Virus record (IMG/VR): IMGVR_UViG_3300027710_000009
DNA: 64,000 nucleotides
Origin: a virus
Taxonomy: Duplodnaviria > Heunggongvirae > Uroviricota > Caudoviricetes
Reading direction: 5' to 3' (one strand)
This document shows positions 41,516 to 50,302 of the stretch, piece by piece; position 1 is the first letter of the stretch, and each line of letters begins with the position of its first letter. The notes under the pieces are model-generated. The model ran no database searches. It had not been told where the DNA came from and was given only the letters and a program-made list of their open reading frames with translations. Made by a program: the position numbers and the translations under genes.

Positions 41516-41523
41516 TATAAATA
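41516..41523 (+). promoter_or_regulatory. T4 late promoter consensus TATAAATA
   Basis: Exact TATAAATA in the intergenic gap, followed by GGAG and ATG 41546. Confidence 0.7.
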
Positions 41524-41545
41524 CAAGATATTGGAGTCCAGGTAA

Positions 41546-44110
41546 ATGGCTTATAACATAGTAAAATCAGATGGTACACCGTTGGCAACCATCAACGATG
41601 GTCAAACAAACAGCACGGCTACTAGTCTCACACTAGTAGGTAAAAACTTTGCTGGTTACGGTACGTTCTTAAACGAAAACTTTGTAAAGCTACTGGAAAA
41701 TTTTGCCAGTGCAAACGAACCAGCAAATCCTAAACAGGGACAAGTTTGGTATCAGACCAGTACAAAAGTTCTGCAGTTGTACAACGGTAGTGCATGGAAA
41801 AGCATTTCAGGTGCTCAAAGCATTGCTGATGAACCCACCTATCGTGTGGCAGGTGATCTTTGGTTTGACTCAGTCAACCAACAGTTGAAAGTATGGTCAG
41901 GTGCTAACTGGGTTGTGATTGGACCAAGCTTCACATCCACAACTGGCACATCGGGTGCAGTTGCAGACACTGTTATTGACTCAAGTCAGTTCAGCCACGT
42001 GGTAGTTAAGTTCTTTGTACAAAACCAATTGGTTGCAGTACTAAGCAAAGACTCTGCGTTCCAGCCTGCTACAACAATTCCTGGATTCCCAACAATCAAG
42101 CCAGGTCTGAACCTTGCACGTGGAACCACACCAGAATTGATCTTTTATGAGAACGCCAACAATGCTTCTTATTTAGGCACCTTGGCAGCTGATCAATATC
42201 TAACAAAAGACAATGCGTTGCTGACCAGCAAATTGGTCATTCGTAACAATGATGGTATTGAACTAGAAGAACCAAGTGGTACAGTCACAAATGCACAGTT
42301 AAACATCAGCAACAACAACATTCAGTTGGTGAGCTTGATTCGTGGTAACGGATTTTTAATCAGAACCAAACCTGACAATGCAGGCGGTGCTTTCCAAACA
42401 GTATTGGCTGTGGATAAAGTGACTGGTCTTATCAGTGTTCTAAACGACCCAACCGAGTCAGCTGGTATTGCTACAAAGAACTATGTTGATGGAAAAGACA
42501 CTGCTACTCGCGCAAAGTTAACAACAACTGAAGTTGCAATTAACGGTAACGTGAGTACACTGACAGCCAACACCACATCAGTGTATGGTAATGTAAGAAC
42601 TATACAAACTCATCTTGGGTTTAGAAAAGGTGGCCCTGGTACCGCAGATGATTTGCGCTATACTGAATTGTTTGTTACCAACAACGAAAGTTTAGTAGGC
42701 AACCTATACACATTGTGGGGCAACGTTGCTGCCATTCACGCAAACGTTTTGAGTAGAACAGGTGCGGCACCGGGATCCACAGCTAGCATGTTCTCCAACG
42801 TACAAAACGTACAAGGCCGTGTCAGTAGCTTGGAAGCAGAAGCATTTAGACGTGATGGTACATTGCCGTTGCTTGGCTCTATAGTTCCGTCAACAGAAGA
42901 TACACGAGATTTAGGCAGTGCTGGCTTCCGCATGCGCGAAGCATTTTTAACAAGAGCCAATGTAACTGCTATTACTAACTTGGCAAGTATTAACCTAACC
43001 GGCGATAGAACCAAGTTTGATCCATTTGTTATTCGTGCAAACCCAGTCACTATAATGGGTAACATTGGATTCAATGACAATTTTCCAGGTGTAACTTCAA
43101 ACACCGCTATTGGTATTTCAACACCGTTGCGTGTGAGTGGTCGCTTGCAAGTGATTGGTGATATCACCATGCCAAATGAAAACAACTTCAACGAAGTGTA
43201 CAACATTGGCCAAAGCGCAACCGTTAGATACAACAATATCTGGGTCAAAACAGTCAATGCCGCACAGTTGAATGTAACAGGTGGACTTGGTGGGTCTGGA
43301 GTGCCACTGACAGCAGGTACTATCACAGTTGGTGATATTATACCCACAACTGATCTCACATTCAATCTTGGTAACACAACAGATCCCAAGCGTTGGCTGA
43401 CTATCAATGCTAGAAAGTTCAACAGTGACAATGGTGTATCACTAAATCCAGCAACAGACGGAGGCAACAAAGGCATCCGTTGGTATTCAGGTGGCACCAC
43501 AGGCGAAGCAGATATTGGCACCGCTGCCATGCGTTTTGGTGTTGCTTATGTGGCAGGCTACAGCAGTAGCCATTTGGTACTAGACAGCAGTGGTATATCA
43601 TATCAAACCTCAGGCACAGGAACTGCGGCTGATGGCACACTGAACATTGGTACTTCTGGAAGAAAGTTTGGCACAGCTTGGATCAATGATCTACGTGGTA
43701 CTGCAACCAGCGCAAAATACGCTGACTTGGCAGAACGCTATGAAGCAGATGCTGTTTATGCGCCAGGTACACTGGTTCGCATTGGCGGTGCAAAAGAAGT
43801 TACAATTGAGAACGAAGCCGCTAGCACAGAAGTACTGGGTGTGGTAAGTTCTAAACCAGCTCACCTAATGAACAGTGAAGCAGGTGACAACGACACACAT
43901 CCTCCAGTTGCAATGATTGGTCGAGTACCTGTACGTTGCACAGGTCCTATTTCCAAGGGTGATCGTTTGGTCAGTGCTGGAAATGGTTGCGCAATGGCAG
44001 CACAGTTTGCATCACCTGTGGGCGCTGGTGCAATCATTGGCAGAGCTCTTGAGGATAAATTAGGCCACGAAGAAGGCTTGATTGAGGCAGTAGTGAAAGT
44101 GAATTTATAA
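41546..44110 (+). CDS. Tail fibre with C-terminal intramolecular-chaperone autoproteolytic (peptidase G2-like) domain
   Basis: N-terminus paralogous to the 38905 fibre; C-terminal YADLAERY...GVVSSKP...VAMIGRVPV...KGDRLVS...IIGRALE. Confidence 0.82.
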   Translation: MAYNIVKSDGTPLATINDGQTNSTATSLTLVGKNFAGYGTFLNENFVKLLENFASANEPANPKQGQVWYQTSTKVLQLYNGSAWKSISGAQSIADEPTYRVAGDLWFDSVNQQLKVWSGANWVVIGPSFTSTTGTSGAVADTVIDSSQFSHVVVKFFVQNQLVAVLSKDSAFQPATTIPGFPTIKPGLNLARGTTPELIFYENANNASYLGTLAADQYLTKDNALLTSKLVIRNNDGIELEEPSGTVTNAQLNISNNNIQLVSLIRGNGFLIRTKPDNAGGAFQTVLAVDKVTGLISVLNDPTESAGIATKNYVDGKDTATRAKLTTTEVAINGNVSTLTANTTSVYGNVRTIQTHLGFRKGGPGTADDLRYTELFVTNNESLVGNLYTLWGNVAAIHANVLSRTGAAPGSTASMFSNVQNVQGRVSSLEAEAFRRDGTLPLLGSIVPSTEDTRDLGSAGFRMREAFLTRANVTAITNLASINLTGDRTKFDPFVIRANPVTIMGNIGFNDNFPGVTSNTAIGISTPLRVSGRLQVIGDITMPNENNFNEVYNIGQSATVRYNNIWVKTVNAAQLNVTGGLGGSGVPLTAGTITVGDIIPTTDLTFNLGNTTDPKRWLTINARKFNSDNGVSLNPATDGGNKGIRWYSGGTTGEADIGTAAMRFGVAYVAGYSSSHLVLDSSGISYQTSGTGTAADGTLNIGTSGRKFGTAWINDLRGTATSAKYADLAERYEADAVYAPGTLVRIGGAKEVTIENEAASTEVLGVVSSKPAHLMNSEAGDNDTHPPVAMIGRVPVRCTGPISKGDRLVSAGNGCAMAAQFASPVGAGAIIGRALEDKLGHEEGLIEAVVKVNL

Positions 44111-45228
44111 TGGCATATCAATTATCTGATGAAGCACTAGCATCGCACTACAACCAGTTTGTCTGGGGTAGTGACAGCGGCGGCACACTGGTTACTTCAA
44201 ATAATAATCTATATCGTATATGGGGTCGAGGCAGCGGCAATCGCGGAATGAATCAACCCATGACCGCAGTGCCTGGATTTGAAGCATATGACAATACAAA
44301 TTTATCTAGCCCAAACAACAGATTTCGCCCATTTGGAACAGACCCTGTTACAGGCAGTTCCTGGAGCGATGAATCCGGTAGTCTAAGGCCAGTTGACGGA
44401 CCAAGCTCGGGAGATACCGCTGAAATAATTTCTGCCAGTCACTGGATTGGTTTATTCAGTACCATCAACCGCATGCTGTATCATCAAAACCAAGCCAATC
44501 TGTCTTTGCCAACTAGACCAATGTTCAGCGGAACAGTACGTGCTATAAATTCTGTACAAAGCAAAATTGACGCTGCCGCAGGTGGTACAGGGACAGCTAG
44601 ATCTACCCAAACACTGGCGCTTACTGGTTCACCCGGGACCAACGTCTGGACTGTGGCAAACAACACCTACAGTGTGCAAACTAGAACATATGATCGTACC
44701 TGCACATGGAACGATGGCAATCAGGCCAGATGGTTCTTCAATGCCGGCGGCAAACTAAGAATCAAAGTCAGTGCCACATCAAGCGGTGATGCCAGAAGTC
44801 TTGAAATGGGCGCTATCATTGACGGCCTGGGCACATGTACAATTGGCTACAATGACAACACAGGATTTTCGGGCAATGACTCAAGTGCAACAGAGGATAA
44901 AAGCAAAGGTTTCTGGACATTCTCAAACGGTGCTGGATACACACAACTAGGCCGTAGGTCAGCTGTGGCAGGTGCAGTATACTCAGACAGTTATGTCACT
45001 CTCAGCGTAAAGCTCAGCGGCGATCAAAGCGAAGGTTCCAACGGTGCAAAATTTGATGTACGTCTTTTTGCCTACAGTGGATACAATTTGTCTGGACCAG
45101 CTGGTCTGAATCCAAACTGGGCCACTGACGGTTTGAACATTACTATTTCTGTACAACTTGAAATATTGGATCCTGCTTATTCTGGTGGCATGTTAACAAA
45201 AACGTGGACAAACCCAGAGCTAGGTTAA
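44110..45228 (+). CDS. Virion structural protein (fibre-associated)
   Basis: Gly/Ser/Thr-rich, ARWFFNAGGKLRI motif, 1-nt overlap with the fibre gene, last gene before the terminator. Confidence 0.6.
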   Translation: MAYQLSDEALASHYNQFVWGSDSGGTLVTSNNNLYRIWGRGSGNRGMNQPMTAVPGFEAYDNTNLSSPNNRFRPFGTDPVTGSSWSDESGSLRPVDGPSSGDTAEIISASHWIGLFSTINRMLYHQNQANLSLPTRPMFSGTVRAINSVQSKIDAAAGGTGTARSTQTLALTGSPGTNVWTVANNTYSVQTRTYDRTCTWNDGNQARWFFNAGGKLRIKVSATSSGDARSLEMGAIIDGLGTCTIGYNDNTGFSGNDSSATEDKSKGFWTFSNGAGYTQLGRRSAVAGAVYSDSYVTLSVKLSGDQSEGSNGAKFDVRLFAYSGYNLSGPAGLNPNWATDGLNITISVQLEILDPAYSGGMLTKTWTNPELG

Positions 45229-45240
45229 CCTGCACTGCTA

Positions 45241-45273
45241 ACAAAAACCCTTGTAAATCAAGGGTTTTTTTGT
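45241..45273 (+). terminator. Rho-independent terminator ending the late structural operon (possibly bidirectional)
   Basis: AAAAACCCTTG-TAAAT-CAAGGGTTTTTTT. Confidence 0.85.
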
Positions 45274-45296
45274 GGCTTTTTTACAACAAAAAACGG

Positions 45297-45325
45297 TTGA
45301 CCCAAAAGCCCGTTTTTGCTATACT
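45297..45325 (+). promoter_or_regulatory. Early sigma70 promoter P1
   Basis: TTGACC-17 bp-TATACT; A-tract upstream; AGGAG SD at 45345. Confidence 0.85.
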
Positions 45326-45354
45326 ATGTGTTCGGTAGTAAAAAAGGAGCTCAA

Positions 45355-45642
45355 ATGCAATTTAACACAAAAGCAAGTAATTGCCTGTTTGTAAACGTTA
45401 GTATTAAAACAACACCTTACTCAAATTCACCTGTTGCAATTCGCATAAGTGCGCACAATTTTGACAAGTGCCCTGCAAACAAAGCACTCTATTATTCAGA
45501 GTTGCCTTTTCACAACACCACTACTCATGCAGTAATACAAGCAAAAATTGAGGAGTTTCGTGCGCAAAATAACAGTCAATCTGTTGCTGTAAAAATGCAA
45601 CCCAAAGTAGTAAAGTTTTTAGTATTGCAATCTGTTGCGTAA
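45355..45642 (+). CDS. Hypothetical early protein
   Basis: ATG 45355 follows the AGGAG SD and promoter P1. Confidence 0.7.
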   Translation: MQFNTKASNCLFVNVSIKTTPYSNSPVAIRISAHNFDKCPANKALYYSELPFHNTTTHAVIQAKIEEFRAQNNSQSVAVKMQPKVVKFLVLQSVA

Positions 45643-45659
45643 ATGCAATAAAAAAACGG

Positions 45660-45688
45660 TTGACCCAAAGTCCCGTTTTTGCTATACT
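45660..45688 (+). promoter_or_regulatory. Early sigma70 promoter P2 (near-identical copy of P1)
   Basis: TTGACC-17 bp-TATACT; AAAAAACGGTTGACCCAAA..CCCGTTTTTGCTATACT shared with P1. Confidence 0.85.
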
Positions 45689-45717
45689 GTAGGCTAAGTT
45701 AAACAAACAAGGAGCCC

Positions 45718-46152
45718 ATGATGGTAAACTGGACAGACTCAATTATTCACTGGAATCAACTGCCTGGCACTGAAGTCAAACGACTGATTGACACCTGGGG
45801 CAAGGATGAAGCATTCATTGCCAAGTATGACAAGAAACATGGCTATGTGCATAAGCCACTTGCAACATCTGCCCTGCCAGCTACCAAAACGGAAGCCACG
45901 ACTCCTGCAAAGGCTGTCAAAAAGGCAACCACGGTAGCAACCAAAAAGGTGCCATCCAAAAAGGTGCCATCCAAAGCACCGCTTCGTCAAAAGCACACAG
46001 GTGCCGATGGCGAGATCAAGTTTGTGGAGCACCGCAATCTGTTTGTGGGCTTTATGGGCGGCAAGGTCGTTGTGACCAAACGCACCGAAGCACAATGCCG
46101 CGAGTTCCTGGTTGCCGAGTTTGGTGCCAAGTGTGGCGAAAAAACGAAATAA
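45718..46152 (+). CDS. Hypothetical early protein with Lys/Ala/Thr-rich linker
   Basis: AAGGAG SD; KKVPSKKVPSK tandem repeat; basic middle segment. Confidence 0.7.
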   Translation: MMVNWTDSIIHWNQLPGTEVKRLIDTWGKDEAFIAKYDKKHGYVHKPLATSALPATKTEATTPAKAVKKATTVATKKVPSKKVPSKAPLRQKHTGADGEIKFVEHRNLFVGFMGGKVVVTKRTEAQCREFLVAEFGAKCGEKTK

Positions 46153-46163
46153 CAAAAAACTGT

Positions 46164-46192
46164 TTGACAGTAAATTGCGACTGCAATATACT
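46164..46192 (+). promoter_or_regulatory. Early sigma70 promoter P3
   Basis: TTGACA-17 bp-TATACT; AGGAG SD at 46216. Confidence 0.85.
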
Positions 46193-46226
46193 AGCCCTGT
46201 AATCAAATTTTTCTTAGGAGTATTTT

Positions 46227-47345
46227 ATGGTCGCAAAGACAAGTGAAAATCGCACAATCACAGCAACAGAAGCTCGTAAAAGTATTCTGCGCTGTTTCAA
46301 AAAACAACGCCCAGTTTTTCTTTGGGGCCCTCCTGGTATTGGTAAAAGTGAATTAGTTGAAGGCATCACGCAAGAGCTTGGTGGCTTTATGATTGACTTG
46401 CGCCTGGGTCAGATGGAACCCACTGACATCCGTGGTATTCCTTTTTACAACAAAGAACTAGGCAAGATGGACTGGGCGGCCCCTGTGGACTTGCCCGATG
46501 ATGAGCTTGCGAGTCAGTATCCGGTGGTTGTGCTGTTTTTGGACGAACTCAACTCTGCGGCACCTGCTGTACAAAGTGCGGCATATCAGTTGATTTTGAA
46601 TCGCCGTGTGGGCAAGTATATCCTGCCCAAGAACGTGGTCATGGTTGCCGCAGGTAACCGCGAAAGCGACAAGGGTGTGACATTCCGTATGCCTACTCCG
46701 TTGGCAAACCGTTTTGTTCACCAAGAGATCCGTGTGGATCACGGCGCCTGGGAGCAATGGGCTGTGAACAACAAAATCCACAAAGACGTGGTTGGTTACG
46801 TTGGCTTTGCCAAACAAGACTTGTTTGACTTTGACGCTCGTTCAGTGAGCCGTGCATTTGCTACTCCACGCTCGTGGAGTTTTGTAAGCCAGTTCTGCGA
46901 AGACGATGACATGACTGATGCAGAATTGACTAACCTGATTGCAGGCACTGTGGGCGAAGGTATTGCCATCAAGTTCATGGCACACCGCAAGGTTGCTGGC
47001 AAAATGCCCAAGCCTGAGGATGTGTTGAGCGGCAAGGTTACTACACTGGATACCAAAGAAGTTTCTGCACAATACTCGCTTGCAGTTAGTCTGTGCTACA
47101 CCTTGCAAGAACGTTTCCAAGCCTGCAAGGGTGACAAAGCAGAGATGGATAAATGGCATCCGTTTGCTGACAACTTCCTCAAATACATGATGGACAATTT
47201 CAACACTGAGTTGGTGGTCATGGGTTCGCGTGTTGCACTCACTACCTACAACTTGCCGTTGATTCCCAACAAGCTCAAGCACTTTGATGAGTTCCACAAG
47301 CGTTTTGGCAAGTACATCCTTGCCGCAAGTGCCAAAGAGAAGTAA
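46227..47345 (+). CDS. MoxR-like AAA+ ATPase
   Basis: Walker A GPPGIGKS, Walker B LFLDE, AAGN sensor, LANRF arginine finger, TPRSW. Confidence 0.9.
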   Translation: MVAKTSENRTITATEARKSILRCFKKQRPVFLWGPPGIGKSELVEGITQELGGFMIDLRLGQMEPTDIRGIPFYNKELGKMDWAAPVDLPDDELASQYPVVVLFLDELNSAAPAVQSAAYQLILNRRVGKYILPKNVVMVAAGNRESDKGVTFRMPTPLANRFVHQEIRVDHGAWEQWAVNNKIHKDVVGYVGFAKQDLFDFDARSVSRAFATPRSWSFVSQFCEDDDMTDAELTNLIAGTVGEGIAIKFMAHRKVAGKMPKPEDVLSGKVTTLDTKEVSAQYSLAVSLCYTLQERFQACKGDKAEMDKWHPFADNFLKYMMDNFNTELVVMGSRVALTTYNLPLIPNKLKHFDEFHKRFGKYILAASAKEK

Positions 47346-47362
47346 AGTGGCCCAGGGTGGGT

Positions 47363-47391
47363 TTGACACTAAATCCACCCTGTCGTATAAT
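47363..47391 (+). promoter_or_regulatory. Early sigma70 promoter P4 (perfect consensus)
   Basis: TTGACA-17 bp-TATAAT; AAGGAG SD before ATG 47418. Confidence 0.9.
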
Positions 47392-47417
47392 TATTTGCAT
47401 ACATACAAGGAGCCCGA

Positions 47418-48710
47418 ATGTCTACTGCAACAACTACCCTAAACAAAAAGGTCAGTAAAAAAGAACTGCCTAAAATTGAGTTTGATCAAAAGCGAGACAA
47501 TGCTGTTCGCGAAAAACTCATCACTGCTCGTATTGCACTCCTACTCAAGGCTCCTTTCTTTGGCAACCTTGCCACTCGCATGCAGTTGATCAATGCTGAT
47601 GACTGGTGCCCTACTGCGGCTACAGATGGCCGCAACTTCTATTACAATACTGTATTTGTTGAGAAGCTTCCTGCCAAGCAATTGGAATTCTTGGTTGGTC
47701 ACGAAGTACTGCATGCTGTATACGATCACATGGGTCGTAGAGGTGATCGCGACCCGCAAATCTTTAACATTGCCAACGACTATGCTGTGAACGCAGACTT
47801 GATTGACCAAAAGGTTGGCGAGCGCATTAATGTATGTGGTATGTTGTACGATCCAAAATATCGCGGCATGATGTCAGAAGAGATCTATGATGACTTGATG
47901 AAAAATGTCAAGAAGATCAATCTAGAACAACTGCTAGAACAACTGTTGGACGAGCACTTGGATGGCAACGGCGACGGCGATGACGAAAGTGATGAAGACG
48001 GTGACAAAAAAGGCAACGGTCGTCCCAAGCTGACTGAAGAAGAAAAGCAAGCAATCAAGGATGAATTGCGTGAGGCTGTGCTCAATGCCGCACAACAAGC
48101 AGGCGCAGGCAACTTGCCTGCTGGTGTTAAACGTCTGATTAGCGACTTGACTGAGCCTGTTATTGACTGGCGCACGTTACTGGAGCAACAGATCCAAAGC
48201 ACCATCAAGAGTGATTACTCTTGGATGAAGACCAGCCGACGTGGTTGGCACATGGATGCTATCATGCCCGGCATGTTGCCTGGTAATCAAATTGATGTGT
48301 TCATTGGTATGGACACGTCAGGCTCTATTAGTGAACGTGATATCAAAGACTTCTTGAGTGAAATCAAAGGCATCATGGAAAGCTACGATGAGTACAAGAT
48401 CCATGTTGTGACTTGGGATACTGAAGTGTACAATCATCAAATCTTCACAAGCGACAACCTCAGCGACATTGAGTCATACGAGCCACAAGGTGGCGGCGGC
48501 ACTGATCCAATGTGCGTGTGGCAGTTCTTGAAAGACAATGACATTGAGCCTAAAAAGCTGATCATGTTTACTGACTACTGTTTCTTTGGTTGGGATCCTA
48601 AAGAAGTTGAGCCCTACTGTGATACAGTTTGGGTCATCAAAGGCAACCCAGATGCACAACCAGAGTTTGGTGTGTGGGCGCACTATGAAGAAGCCAAGAA
48701 AGGTCGATGA
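47418..48710 (+). CDS. DUF2201-like metallopeptidase plus VWA domain protein
   Basis: TAATDG, HEVLH (HExxH), acidic linker, MIDAS DTSGS, GGGGTD, FTD. Confidence 0.88.
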   Translation: MSTATTTLNKKVSKKELPKIEFDQKRDNAVREKLITARIALLLKAPFFGNLATRMQLINADDWCPTAATDGRNFYYNTVFVEKLPAKQLEFLVGHEVLHAVYDHMGRRGDRDPQIFNIANDYAVNADLIDQKVGERINVCGMLYDPKYRGMMSEEIYDDLMKNVKKINLEQLLEQLLDEHLDGNGDGDDESDEDGDKKGNGRPKLTEEEKQAIKDELREAVLNAAQQAGAGNLPAGVKRLISDLTEPVIDWRTLLEQQIQSTIKSDYSWMKTSRRGWHMDAIMPGMLPGNQIDVFIGMDTSGSISERDIKDFLSEIKGIMESYDEYKIHVVTWDTEVYNHQIFTSDNLSDIESYEPQGGGGTDPMCVWQFLKDNDIEPKKLIMFTDYCFFGWDPKEVEPYCDTVWVIKGNPDAQPEFGVWAHYEEAKKGR

Positions 48711-48738
48711 TGAATACTGATACTCAAGTGTGCAAATA

Positions 48739-49005
48739 ATGAAGAAAGTGTTTAATTTCATTACCTGGAAGTGGCGTCAGTATGATGCTTGGCAAAAGAT
48801 CTGGTGGTTTGCTTGTTTCTGGCTAGGTGCTTACATCACAGCTGAAAAAGGCAGTACCCACGAACAGGTATACATGTATCTGTTTGCTGGGTTAATGGCT
48901 GTGGTATTTCTCAAATGGTTTGTTTGGGACACTGTCAAGAGCAGTTGGGCAGACTACAACAAAGAGCAAGATCGCATTGTTGAGATCATGCGTGATGGCA
49001 AATAA
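48739..49005 (+). CDS. Small membrane protein (two predicted TM helices)
   Basis: Hydrophobic IWWFACFWLGAYI and YLFAGLMAVVFLKWFVW segments. Confidence 0.6.
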   Translation: MKKVFNFITWKWRQYDAWQKIWWFACFWLGAYITAEKGSTHEQVYMYLFAGLMAVVFLKWFVWDTVKSSWADYNKEQDRIVEIMRDGK

Positions 49006-49549
49006 TCTAAAAACCTTGATTGAAGGCTTTGGCGAAGCAGACTATGGGCGTGTGACACGCAACGATTCTGCCTATGCTGAAACTCTAGAACTCACAGTAA
49101 ACGAAATCAATCGTTTGGTTGTGATGTACAAGGCAGGCGGAGGCATGCAACATCTGCGCCTGCTACGTGACAGTATCGATCATTGGATCCGTCGTTACCA
49201 TGGATATACCATTGGTGGCGGCATTGGATCACACTATGTTCAAGTGGACGTAAATCCACGTGACTGTATATTCGAACATATCATTCCAGCGAGCAAAATT
49301 CGCGACATGATGTTGGCTGGTGTGTTGACAGTTGATCAAGCTCTCAATGCACCAACATGTTTGATCAGCAAGACCAACGATGAAGTACTGCGTCGAGCAG
49401 GACATGTTAGCACAAGTCCCAGCTATTGGCATTTCTTTGATCGTTACAATGTCTTGACCGGAAATACATTTTCCGTGTACAATGGCAAAGTTATTGCAGA
49501 TCCGCATAACTGGACCTTGGAACAGCATTACAAGCATTTTGGAGTTTAA
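48995..49549 (+). CDS. Hypothetical protein with HNH-like EHIIP motif
   Basis: FEHIIP...CLISKTND; start moved to ATG 48995. Confidence 0.55.
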   Translation: MANNLKTLIEGFGEADYGRVTRNDSAYAETLELTVNEINRLVVMYKAGGGMQHLRLLRDSIDHWIRRYHGYTIGGGIGSHYVQVDVNPRDCIFEHIIPASKIRDMMLAGVLTVDQALNAPTCLISKTNDEVLRRAGHVSTSPSYWHFFDRYNVLTGNTFSVYNGKVIADPHNWTLEQHYKHFGV

Positions 49550-49550
49550 T

Positions 49551-50087
49551 ATGTCGACATGTGATCGTATGAATACTGCGCAACGGCCATTGGCAGAATA
49601 TGCATGGAAGTTAAAGAAAAAATATAAATGCACAAACAATCTTACCCAAAAACAATTCATAGCAATGTATGATGCCGGTGAGATACAGTTAAGCGGTGTG
49701 TATGAAAATTTGTTTGTAACTGTGCGAAATGTACTTGGATTACCTACTAAAAAAGTCAGTGGAGATGGTTACGATTTTGTAACCATCGAACGCAACAAAG
49801 ACACAATACTAGGAGATATGAAAACAACAGTTTTACTCAAGGACGGAGATAACAGACGTTTTGTAATTTCAAGTGTCAAAAATAAACAAGGCACCGTGTA
49901 TGCAATAGGATGGAACTGGCTAACCAATAAACCAAATTTTTTTGCCATTCCGCCAAACGAACTAGGCGAACATCCGGCGGCTGGAATCAAAATTCCAGTT
50001 GACCCAGTTACTGGGGAACGAGCTGGTGGGTGGTACAATAAAAATTGCGCCTATGATACCTGGGAGGATTTATGCAAAGCGAGTTAA
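49551..50087 (+). CDS. Hypothetical protein, possible PD-(D/E)XK nuclease fold
   Basis: GGAG SD at 49541; YE...GYDF...GDMKT pattern. Confidence 0.55.
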   Translation: MSTCDRMNTAQRPLAEYAWKLKKKYKCTNNLTQKQFIAMYDAGEIQLSGVYENLFVTVRNVLGLPTKKVSGDGYDFVTIERNKDTILGDMKTTVLLKDGDNRRFVISSVKNKQGTVYAIGWNWLTNKPNFFAIPPNELGEHPAAGIKIPVDPVTGERAGGWYNKNCAYDTWEDLCKAS

Positions 50088-50302
50088 TCAAAGGTGGCAT
50101 AGTACTTGCACTGGCATTGATTGCATTGTATTTTCTTATGGCCGATGTACGAAACAGGAATAACTATGTGTACTACGATTGTACCATGGCCAGTTTTCAT
50201 CCAGACATACCGCCTAAAGTAAAAGAGGCCTGTCGGAATCGTCATGCACATGATCAAGACATGCAACACAAAGCTGAACAAGAAAAACTAAACAAAAAAT
50301 GA
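50072..50302 (+). CDS. Small protein with N-terminal TM anchor
   Basis: Hydrophobic N-terminus; YDCTMASFHPDIPPKVKEACR. Confidence 0.6.
   Translation: MQSELIKGGIVLALALIALYFLMADVRNRNNYVYYDCTMASFHPDIPPKVKEACRNRHAHDQDMQHKAEQEKLNKK

Noticed and set aside
42736-43530. 264-aa minus-strand ORF, plus many other 60-180-aa antisense ORFs in the track
   Set aside because: They lie wholly opposite well-supported genes, have no motifs or SD, and are expected shadows of codon bias
41546-45228. Diversity-generating retroelement target in the fibre genes
   Set aside because: No reverse transcriptase and no template/variable repeat pair seen in the window
45229-45354. tRNA or other RNA gene in the largest intergenic gap
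   Set aside because: Fully explained by terminator, palindromic box, promoter and SD; no cloverleaf
45289-45688. Near-identical 38-bp repeats as a mini CRISPR array
   Set aside because: Only two copies about 363 bp apart, each a -35/-10 promoter flanking a gene; no cas genes
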